Source of the DNA: a virus
Taxonomy: Duplodnaviria; Caudoviricetes
Strand: one strand, 5' to 3'
IMG/VR virus record: IMGVR_UViG_3300017721_000660
Location: 1-32,469 of that record
Length of the DNA: 32,469 nt
Below, in pieces: positions 16,763 through 23,917 of the stretch (positions within the stretch are counted from its first letter, which is position 1; each line of letters opens with the position of its first letter). The position numbers and the translations under genes were made by a program. The notes under the pieces are model-generated. The model was given only the letters and a program-made list of their open reading frames with translations, did no database searches and was not told the DNA's origin.

Positions 16763-18871
16763 TCATAACACTCGCTCCTCTAGCCACTTGCGACCACGAT
16801 CAGTCACCTCAATACACTGGTGTCGACCCGTGCCAGAAACCACGACAAAGTTCAGACACTCCTTGAGCTCGCGCCACAGGGCCCGCCACTGCACCTGCGT
16901 CAATTCACCTGCAGCCACAGCTTCCAGCTCCGTCGAGCGGGTGCCGCGCATGATCTCGATCAGCACCTCCTCGACCACCGCCTGCATCGGTGCGGGCACG
17001 AGCTCGGGGTCGCTGCCGTTCTTCCACGGAACGACGATGCCGCCGGTCTCGATCTCGCCGTGCCGGTCCTCGCCGAGCTCGACGCTGCAAATCTCAAACG
17101 CGATAGCTTCGAGCCTCTGCCAGTTCTTGCACTTGACCGGTTGCACCTTGACCAGATCACCGGTCCGGGTCCACGGCTCGACAGTTTGCGCGCCGAATGC
17201 TTCAGCGGCCGCTGGTTTGCCGGCGCCGCCAGGAACCTGCGAGATGCGGAACTCGGCATCGGCAGCCGCGATGAAGACACTCGAACCACGAGCGCGCGTG
17301 TCCTTGTCCTGGCCAGAGTGATGCACGAATCCAACCAAACAACGGAACGCGCGCTGCATCGCTGCCGCGTTCGCCATCGCAGCACTCATGTCCTCGGTGC
17401 TGTCCTCCGATCCGCGGCCATAGTTTGTCGCGAGCGTGTCGACGAGAACCATCACAGGCTCCTCACCGAGCGCGTCGACAATCGCTTGCGCGTGTCGCTG
17501 CATGTGCTCTGCATCGAGCAGCTGCGTCGGGCTCGTCGAGAACACCACCGGCACCGTCGCCGGATCGATGCCGCGGATCGAACACTCGGCAGCGAAGCGC
17601 GCGGCCACGCCGCTACCATCCTCGCCGACGATCACCGCGACCGGCCCGTGCAAGTGCACAGCCATGCCGTGCCAGCTGCTCTCCCCGCATGCGATTGCCA
17701 TCGCGAGAGACAGCGCGACGAGGCTCTTGCCCGCGCCGGGTTTGCCGAACAGCTGCACCAATCCGCGCCGCGGCAGGAACCCCTGGACTGCAAACTCGGC
17801 CGCGCCCATCCAGTCACGATAAGCGGCGCCGTCCATGTAGAGCGGCACGTCGGATGTTGCCGCGCGCGGCCCTGCTTCATCTGGCAACGGTGCATCGCTC
17901 CAATCTGCCGGCAATGGCGGCGGCTGCGTCGCATCGGGCGCGAGCTCGCACAATGTGCCCCACCCTGGCCGATGCTCCGGTGGATCCACAGCAAAGCTGT
18001 TCCATCGCTTCTCTGCGTCGTCTGCGCTGTAGTTTGGCGCCGTCGCGCTCCACTCGTCCCAGACCTCGAACGGCATGCCCAACTTGAAACAAGCCATGCC
18101 TGCTGCGATCCACGACTCGTGCGGCTCTGCATCGATCTGCGACAGCATGTGCTGCACCTCGCGAATCGTGCGCGGCACCTCCGATGTCGAGCTCGACTCG
18201 CGCTCGGGTCGACGCAGCAGCTCGACCATCGGCGCCGGTGGATCGTCCTCGCGCAACAGTCCCCACTCGCCTGATGTGTTGCCGATCACTTCGCCGGTCA
18301 CCGTCAGGTAGCGTCCGCTTGTGTAGCACTCAAGGTGTGCACCACTGCCGAACGCATTGCGCGACGAGCTCCGCCAACTCGCCGGCAATGTGCCGGCGTA
18401 TATTTGGTGCACGCCATCGCGGCCGGGGCTGCGTTCCGTGTAGGTCGGCGGCATGCGCCGCAACATCTCGTGCGCTGCATCGAGCAGCGTGTTGTTCGCG
18501 CCGATCACGTGATCGTAGTCGACAGCGACGAGCTCCTGGCCATCGATCATCACGCCGAGACATGCGACGCGATCATCTGCGAGCGCATACCCGCACGCCT
18601 CCTCGAACGACATCCACGTCGCGCGATCCGTCGAGCTCGCCGCGCCGCCCGAGTAGCCCTTGCTGCTCAGTGGCGCCTTGCTACTCACGGTGCGGCCGTC
18701 GGCGCGCGTGACCGGGCTGCGATCACCGCACACCCAGATCCGTCGTCGCCTCAGTTCGCCGGGCACGTTGCGCATCACGCGCGAGATGTCGTCGGCTGTG
18801 ATCCGAGGCAAAATATCGAGCCTCGGTCCTTTGCGGCCGTGCAGGCCGTCGCTATTCTTTTCAGCAGTCAT
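16763..18871 (-). CDS. Primase-polymerase/PriCT-2/AAA_25 (RepA-like SF4) primase-helicase
   Basis: Start ATG 18871 with an AGGAG RBS; 702 aa. AEP-like N-terminus (ASSTDRATW, VDYDH, YTERSPGRDGVH); PriCT-2 (WIAAGMA...WDEWS...KRWNSF); helicase motifs GKPGAGKS, VLVDTL, HHSG..RARGSS. Confidence 0.88.
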   Translation of the reverse strand: MTAEKNSDGLHGRKGPRLDILPRITADDISRVMRNVPGELRRRRIWVCGDRSPVTRADGRTVSSKAPLSSKGYSGGAASSTDRATWMSFEEACGYALADDRVACLGVMIDGQELVAVDYDHVIGANNTLLDAAHEMLRRMPPTYTERSPGRDGVHQIYAGTLPASWRSSSRNAFGSGAHLECYTSGRYLTVTGEVIGNTSGEWGLLREDDPPAPMVELLRRPERESSSTSEVPRTIREVQHMLSQIDAEPHESWIAAGMACFKLGMPFEVWDEWSATAPNYSADDAEKRWNSFAVDPPEHRPGWGTLCELAPDATQPPPLPADWSDAPLPDEAGPRAATSDVPLYMDGAAYRDWMGAAEFAVQGFLPRRGLVQLFGKPGAGKSLVALSLAMAIACGESSWHGMAVHLHGPVAVIVGEDGSGVAARFAAECSIRGIDPATVPVVFSTSPTQLLDAEHMQRHAQAIVDALGEEPVMVLVDTLATNYGRGSEDSTEDMSAAMANAAAMQRAFRCLVGFVHHSGQDKDTRARGSSVFIAAADAEFRISQVPGGAGKPAAAEAFGAQTVEPWTRTGDLVKVQPVKCKNWQRLEAIAFEICSVELGEDRHGEIETGGIVVPWKNGSDPELVPAPMQAVVEEVLIEIMRGTRSTELEAVAAGELTQVQWRALWRELKECLNFVVVSGTGRHQCIEVTDRGRKWLEERVL

Positions 18872-18897
18872 CGTTCTCCTCTGGTAAGGGGGACACT

Positions 18898-18944
18898 CGC
18901 AGGCCGCGCACGTCTTAGGCAACGTGTGCGGCCTGCGTTCTTTT
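18898..18944 (+). terminator. Intrinsic terminator-like 16-bp hairpin on the plus strand, antisense to the primase leader
   Basis: CGCAGGCCGCGCACGT-CTTAGGCA-ACGTGTGCGGCCTGCG (one G.U pair) followed by TTCTTTT. Confidence 0.65.
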
Positions 18945-19073
18945 CGGGAGGGAGAAAGCTACCGCCGGGGCGCCCAATAAAAAACTTTGGAATTAGTTCA
19001 GACACTACTGGACACCTTCCGACAGATAGTGTTGAAGAGGGGCTCGCGAAAGTCCTATACACAACCAAACACG

Positions 19074-20054
19074 ATGACTAACTCAAACTCAACCGACCGC
19101 AACACCGCCCGCAAGATCGCCAACTTCCTCGCCAGCAACATCCCGCAATGCGACATCTCTGGTTGGGATTGCGTCAACTCGCCGTTCAGCTGCGACCGTC
19201 TGCTTGAGCGGCTCGATGATCCCCGCAGGAACGACTACTACTACGTCAAGACGGAGATGGACGGCTCGCCCGTGCAGAGCACGCTCGCCGACCTCGAAGC
19301 CTCGCTCGCTGGCGACAAGAACGCCGCAATCGACACCAAAGTGCTGAAGGTGACGGTGCTGCCCGAGGACCAGCAGACCATCAAGTGCTGGCGCACCTTC
19401 GAGCTGCTGACGCTCAAGGACGCCATCGAAGAGGTCAAGCGCACCGGTCGCCACAGCATCATTGGTCGCGTCGGCCTCTGGCCGAACGGCTCACGCGAAG
19501 CTCGCAGCTACGTCGGCAACGTGATCTACGAGCAGACCGACCCCGAAGGCTACGCCAAGATGCTCGCCAAGATCGCTCCGACACCGGAATACAGCTCCGC
19601 TGAGCAACTAGCTGACGCAAGGGCTACCGAGTCGACCAGCCCGGAGGTCGTCGACGAAGTCGTCAACGAGATCCTGGGCGACGTTAACCGCGCCAAGGCC
19701 GTCGTCGACGCAGCGTTCCCGAAGCCGACCCCCAACCAACAGCTTCCACAGAACATCGCACTCGCCCTGACGCTCTCCGCAGAAGGCACTCCTGGCCGCC
19801 TTTCACTGCGCGAGATTGACCAACACATGAACGATATGGATGACGGCTGCACCATCACGGTGAATGGCTACCAGTTCATCTACTCACCCTATCGCGGCAT
19901 CTTGATTGTCTGGCAACCTGATGGCAATGGTTGGTCAACTCTGATTGGTTACGCCAGCAACTACGAAGCGGAGCGTGTTTACGAGATGGCTTCTGCTGTC
20001 GGCTTCAGTGATCGGCGCGGCAGCAAAGGCACGGGTCGCTACTCGATGCAGTAG
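19074..20054 (+). CDS. Hypothetical early protein, 326 aa
   Basis: ATG 19074 in an AAACACGATG context similar to neighbouring starts; strong C/G third-position bias over most of the ORF. No family recognised. Confidence 0.75.
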   Translation: MTNSNSTDRNTARKIANFLASNIPQCDISGWDCVNSPFSCDRLLERLDDPRRNDYYYVKTEMDGSPVQSTLADLEASLAGDKNAAIDTKVLKVTVLPEDQQTIKCWRTFELLTLKDAIEEVKRTGRHSIIGRVGLWPNGSREARSYVGNVIYEQTDPEGYAKMLAKIAPTPEYSSAEQLADARATESTSPEVVDEVVNEILGDVNRAKAVVDAAFPKPTPNQQLPQNIALALTLSAEGTPGRLSLREIDQHMNDMDDGCTITVNGYQFIYSPYRGILIVWQPDGNGWSTLIGYASNYEAERVYEMASAVGFSDRRGSKGTGRYSMQ

Positions 20055-20060
20055 CTGACC

Positions 20061-20123
20061 GGGAGGTCCGGTGCTACTTCGCATCGCTGACGATGACCGC
20101 AGCAACGGTCGAAACCTCACCCC
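20061..20123 (+). ncRNA. Type III hammerhead ribozyme
   Basis: GAGGUC^ (cleavage triplet GUC 20066-68); stem I CGGUGC/GCAUCG with loop UACUUC; core CUGACGA plus an extra U; stem II GACCG/CGGUC with loop CAGCAA; core GAAA; CCUC closing stem III. Fills an intergenic gap. Confidence 0.9.
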
Positions 20124-20138
20124 ACGGAGAACAGAACG

Positions 20139-20612
20139 ATGACTCAACCAACTACACTATCTGCAACGGAATCCGCCAAGTTGCTCCGCAAGGATCTGCG
20201 GAAGGCATTCCCCGGCACCAAGTTTCGCCTCACTGGTAGTCGCGGCACCGGCTACGGCTACTACGATTGCCGCTGGACCGGCGGCCCGAGCGAAGAGGAG
20301 GTGCGCGAGATCGTGCGCCCATACCAGGGCTCCTACTTCGACGGTTCACAAGACCTCGAAGTCGGCATCGCTACCGCTATCGGTATCGCCATCGCCATCT
20401 GGTCCGACGGCGGCGTGCTGCGCTCTGGCATGCGCAGCATCTCGACGCGACGCGATCCAAGCGACGCCGAGTTGGCAGCCGCTACGGACACGCTGCGGAC
20501 GCTGTGGGGCTTCACCGGCCCCGAGCACAGCCTGCGTATGGCCGCCGACATGGTAGCCCGAGGCGCCGAAGTCGGCGCCGCAATCCAATACTGGCCCCTC
20601 ACCAAAGACTAG
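20139..20612 (+). CDS. LPD29 (large polyvalent protein domain 29)-like protein
   Basis: 157 aa. AKLLRKDLRKAFPGTKF...RWTGGPSEEEVREIV..YQGSYFDG..D is the LPD29 pattern. Confidence 0.8.
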   Translation: MTQPTTLSATESAKLLRKDLRKAFPGTKFRLTGSRGTGYGYYDCRWTGGPSEEEVREIVRPYQGSYFDGSQDLEVGIATAIGIAIAIWSDGGVLRSGMRSISTRRDPSDAELAAATDTLRTLWGFTGPEHSLRMAADMVARGAEVGAAIQYWPLTKD

Positions 20613-20624
20613 GAGAACAGAACG

Positions 20625-20804
20625 ATGGACAAACACGAATACCACGAGCGTAAAGAGGAACTGAGCGACGCCGAAAAGCTTGCTTGGCTCACCAAGAACT
20701 GGATACTGCCGATCAGTTGCCAGGACGTTATTTGGCTTTGCAAGCTAGCCGCCAAAGGTCTTGAACGCGCTTCCCTCAACCAGTCAACCAGCCAGGAGAA
20801 CTAA
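20625..20804 (+). CDS. Hypothetical protein, 59 aa
   Basis: Not in the ORF track. GGAGAACAGAACGATG start motif. Sequence: MDKHEYHERKEELSDAEKLAWLTKNWILPISCQDVIWLCKLAAKGLERASLNQSTSQEN. Confidence 0.75.
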   Translation: MDKHEYHERKEELSDAEKLAWLTKNWILPISCQDVIWLCKLAAKGLERASLNQSTSQEN

Positions 20805-20807
20805 ACG

Positions 20808-21029
20808 ATGAAAGTAACGAACCAAGACGTAGCTAACCGTCTTCGCCGCCATTCAAACTTCATGAATCTGAGCATTAACGACGTTGAGTTTGCGTATGAC
20901 CAGCTCCGAGACGAAGCCGGGAACCCGCAGCGCATGCGAGGGCTAGGATTTGTTAGGGGCGTGGGAGAAAAGCGAGCCGAACAAATCTTAGATCTGCTTG
21001 AGAGCATGATTGACCGGCAGGAGAATTAA
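20808..21029 (+). CDS. Small protein with a helix-hairpin-helix-like motif
   Basis: 73 aa. LGFVRGVGEKRAEQIL fits the HhH GxGxxxA pattern; strong RBS. Confidence 0.7.
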   Translation: MKVTNQDVANRLRRHSNFMNLSINDVEFAYDQLRDEAGNPQRMRGLGFVRGVGEKRAEQILDLLESMIDRQEN

Positions 21030-21032
21030 ACG

Positions 21033-21755
21033 ATGACTACCTACACCGACGACAAGTTCAACGGGCGCAGCACCACACCGCTGCGCGTCTTCGCGAAAGA
21101 CGGCACGGCCATTCCCTTCGCCACCCCGTTCACCAGCCTGCGCGAAGTATGCGAAGTGCTGCGCGCCGAGGGCGACAGCTTCTCGATGTCGCTGGTCCGC
21201 GACATCGAATCGGTGCGCGGCCCGACGGCCAAGCAGGCGGCCTGGGCGCACAAGCTGGCGACCGACGCCATCACGCCGCGCACCGTCGAGCCGACGCTCG
21301 GCGACCTCGCGCCGGTAATCGCCATGCTCGACAAGGCAGCCTCCGCGCAGAAGCGCATGCCCAAGATCGAGCTGGTCGCACGCGACAACAACGGCCGCAC
21401 CCAGCGCGTCGTAATCAAGCGCCGCAAGGACGGCAGCGCTGCCGTCACCGACGGCCGCCCTTACGGCGACAACACTCTGTTCGGGTTCGTCGAGCTCGAC
21501 GGCAACTACCACCCGACGCGAGGCAACTCGGCAGAGGTCGAGACCGTGCTGTGCGAGCTCGCCGCCGACCCGGCCAAGGTCGCCGGCCAGCACGGTATCG
21601 CCACCGGCAACTGCTGCTTTTGCAACACGGCGCTATCTGACAAGCGCTCGCGCAGCGTCGGCTACGGCCCGACGTGCGCAGGCAAGTTCGGCCTGCCATG
21701 GGGCGACACCAGCGCCGCCGACGCCGCCGACGCAGCGGCTAGGGAGGTGCTGTGA
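21033..21755 (+). CDS. DUF6011-like Zn-ribbon protein
   Basis: 240 aa. C-terminal GNCCFCNTALSDKRSRSVGYGPTCAGK; N-terminal FSMSL...TAKQAAWA. Confidence 0.8.
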   Translation: MTTYTDDKFNGRSTTPLRVFAKDGTAIPFATPFTSLREVCEVLRAEGDSFSMSLVRDIESVRGPTAKQAAWAHKLATDAITPRTVEPTLGDLAPVIAMLDKAASAQKRMPKIELVARDNNGRTQRVVIKRRKDGSAAVTDGRPYGDNTLFGFVELDGNYHPTRGNSAEVETVLCELAADPAKVAGQHGIATGNCCFCNTALSDKRSRSVGYGPTCAGKFGLPWGDTSAADAADAAAREVL

Positions 21756-21856
21756 CGTTCTCTCGTGCCCGCTTTGCGCGCGAGCTCTACAGTGCTTGCG
21801 TCTTTATCGTTGTTGTAATTATCGGCGGCCTCGCTGCCATCTGCTTGATCAAATGA
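21752..21856 (+). CDS. Small membrane peptide, 34 aa
   Basis: GTGA overlap upstream and ATGA overlap downstream; GGAGG RBS. Sequence: MTFSRARFARELYSACVFIVVVIIGGLAAICLIK. Confidence 0.6.
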   Translation: MTFSRARFARELYSACVFIVVVIIGGLAAICLIK

Positions 21857-22080
21857 TGAACCTCTACGAAGTCACCGGCATGGAGGCGCGCGACCGCGCC
21901 ATCATCGCCGCGCCGCACCCTACGTCTGCCGACGAGCTCTGCCCGTTCTACGTTAGCACCATCGAGCAGGTCGGCACTGTCGACACCGAGCCCGCGCGCG
22001 TGCTGCTCGCTGTGCACACGCACGCCCACGGCTCTGACGAGGAGCTCGACGTGCTCGACAGCGAGGGGCTGGTCGAGTGA
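21853..22080 (+). CDS. Hypothetical acidic protein, 75 aa
   Basis: ATG 21853 is coupled to the preceding stop, and its TGA overlaps the helicase start. Confidence 0.6.
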   Translation: MMNLYEVTGMEARDRAIIAAPHPTSADELCPFYVSTIEQVGTVDTEPARVLLAVHTHAHGSDEELDVLDSEGLVE

Positions 22081-23405
22081 TCCCCTTCTCCTACCAACGC
22101 GTCGGTATCGACTTCTTGGTCGACAACAAACGCGCGGCCCTGCTCGACGAGCCAGGGCTGGGCAAGACCGGCCAAGCGCTCGAAGCGATCAACCGGATGC
22201 AGGCCAAGCGCACGCTGCTGATCGTGCCGCTGGTCGTCGTCCCCAACTGGGAGCGCGAGCTCGGCATGTGGTCGCCCTGGGCCAGCTACCAGCGGCTCAA
22301 GACCGGCAGCGCCAAGGTCGACGCGGACGCGTCTGTCGTGATCTGTCCAACTTCGCTGCTGAGTCGACGCAACAAAGTCGTCGAGCAGCTGGCCAGTCAG
22401 GACTGGGACGTGGTCGTCGTCGACGAGGCGCACCACTACAAGAACCACGAGTCGACGCGCACAGTGAATCTCTACGGCCGCGCAGGCATCGCCGTGCGCG
22501 CCGAGCACCTCTGGCTGCTGACAGGCACGCTGGTGCCGAACAACCCATCCGAGGTCTGGACGCACCTGCTGCATCTGGCGCCGGAGGAGATGACGCACAA
22601 CGGGCGCCCGATGTCGCACTACGCATTCGTGCAACGCTACTGCGAGTTTGAAGAGACGCGCTTCGGCCGCAAGATTGTCGGCGCCAAGAACACGGCCGAG
22701 CTCCGCGACATCATCGACAGCTGCTCGCTGCGGCGCCTACAGCGCACCGTGCTGGCGGACCTGCCGGCAATGCGCCGGTCGACCGTCGACCTGCCCAAGC
22801 CCACCAGGAAGCAGATGGCGCCGTTGTCGGATCTGCTGGACAGGATGTCCGAGGAGCTACGCACCGACGTGCGCAAGCTCGACGGCGCCGAGCTGTTGCA
22901 GGTGTTCCAGCAGTCTGACAGCTTCAGCACCTACCGCCGCCTGTGTGGCGAGCTCAAGACCGAGCTAGCCGCCGAGTGGCTGCGCGAGGAGCTCGACTCT
23001 GGCCTAGCCAAGGTCGTTGTGTTCGCGCAGCACCGTGGCGTCATCGAGGAGCTCGCCGGTGCGCTGACAGACTACGGCGTCGAGCAGATCCACGGTGGCG
23101 TCGGGACCGACGCGCGACAGGCGGCCGTCGACCGGTTCCAGCAATCGACGGCGTCGCGTGTGATCATCTGCCAGCTGACGGCCGCGTCCGTTGGCATCAC
23201 GCTCACTGCGAGCACCAACGCCGTATTCATCGAAGCCGACTGGGTGCCCGGCACCAACATACAAGCCGAGAAGCGCATCCACCGTATCGGGCAGCAGCAC
23301 CCAGTGCTGGTCCGCTACTTACAGTTGGCCGACTCTATCGACCAGATCATCACAGAGGCGCTGGTCGTCAAGACCAGCATGATCGCGGCCCTTGAAACGG
23401 CCTAG
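22077..23405 (+). CDS. SNF2-related superfamily 2 helicase/translocase
   Basis: 442 aa. Q motif FSYQ, Walker A DEPGLGKT, DEAH, LTGT..PN, VGITLT, QAEKRIHRIGQ. Confidence 0.92.
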   Translation: MIPFSYQRVGIDFLVDNKRAALLDEPGLGKTGQALEAINRMQAKRTLLIVPLVVVPNWERELGMWSPWASYQRLKTGSAKVDADASVVICPTSLLSRRNKVVEQLASQDWDVVVVDEAHHYKNHESTRTVNLYGRAGIAVRAEHLWLLTGTLVPNNPSEVWTHLLHLAPEEMTHNGRPMSHYAFVQRYCEFEETRFGRKIVGAKNTAELRDIIDSCSLRRLQRTVLADLPAMRRSTVDLPKPTRKQMAPLSDLLDRMSEELRTDVRKLDGAELLQVFQQSDSFSTYRRLCGELKTELAAEWLREELDSGLAKVVVFAQHRGVIEELAGALTDYGVEQIHGGVGTDARQAAVDRFQQSTASRVIICQLTAASVGITLTASTNAVFIEADWVPGTNIQAEKRIHRIGQQHPVLVRYLQLADSIDQIITEALVVKTSMIAALETA

Positions 23406-23414
23406 CCTTATTAC

Positions 23415-23442
23415 TTGACACCACTGGGCAGGTCCTTACAGT
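23415..23442 (+). promoter_or_regulatory. Sigma70-like promoter for the replication operon
   Basis: TTGACA (23415-20), 16-nt spacer, TACAGT (23437-42), in the intergenic gap before 23468. Confidence 0.55.
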
Positions 23443-23467
23443 CCTGCGCTCAACCCACTAGACAATC

Positions 23468-23917
23468 ATGAAGATCTCAATCAACGTCACGCCCGAATCA
23501 CCCGAAGAACTGGCTCGCCTGTTCGCTTTTATCTCTGGCCGCGACGGTATCGAGCTGCCGCCTCTGGCCGCCGCTGATGTCGCGAAGGCATCCGCCGAAG
23601 AGAACGCGCTAGCTGACGCCGAAGAGGCGAAGAAGCCAGCGAAGAAGCCAGCGAAGAAGGCAGCGAAGAAGGCGCCCAAGAAAGCGAAGAGCGCCGACAC
23701 GAAGGAAGCACGGCAGGTAGAAGCTACGGCCGACACACGCAAGCAGGTCGAGCTCGACTTGCGCGCGTTCGCTGCCGAGCACGGCATGCCCGAGCTGCGC
23801 GACGCGCTCAAGGCCGCCGAGCTGCCGCGTCTGCAAGACGCAGCCGACGCTGACCTTCCCAAGTTTCGCGCAGTTATCGATGGCCTGCGTGCGTCGCAGC
23901 AAGGGGACCTGCTCTAA
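23468..23917 (+). CDS. Hypothetical protein with a KKPA/KKAA-repeat linker
   Basis: 149 aa containing AKKPAKKPAKKAAKKAPKKAK, at the usual position upstream of DUF2800. Confidence 0.75.
   Translation: MKISINVTPESPEELARLFAFISGRDGIELPPLAAADVAKASAEENALADAEEAKKPAKKPAKKAAKKAPKKAKSADTKEARQVEATADTRKQVELDLRAFAAEHGMPELRDALKAAELPRLQDAADADLPKFRAVIDGLRASQQGDLL

Noticed and set aside
16820-18274. 484-aa plus-strand ORF, and other long antisense ORFs such as 31287-32213, 29324-30058 and 21948-22634
   Set aside because: They are shadow frames opposite well-supported genes, expected at high GC with strong codon bias, and carry no recognisable motifs.
19031-19056. TTGAAGAG...GAAA as a second hammerhead
   Set aside because: It lacks C3 and a credible stem II or III, and is better explained as a small leader hairpin.
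20364-20400. ATCGCC-like 6-nt low-complexity run in the LPD29 gene (GIATAIGIAIAIW) as a phase-variation site
   Set aside because: The run is imperfect, in frame and short, and I see no evidence of switching.
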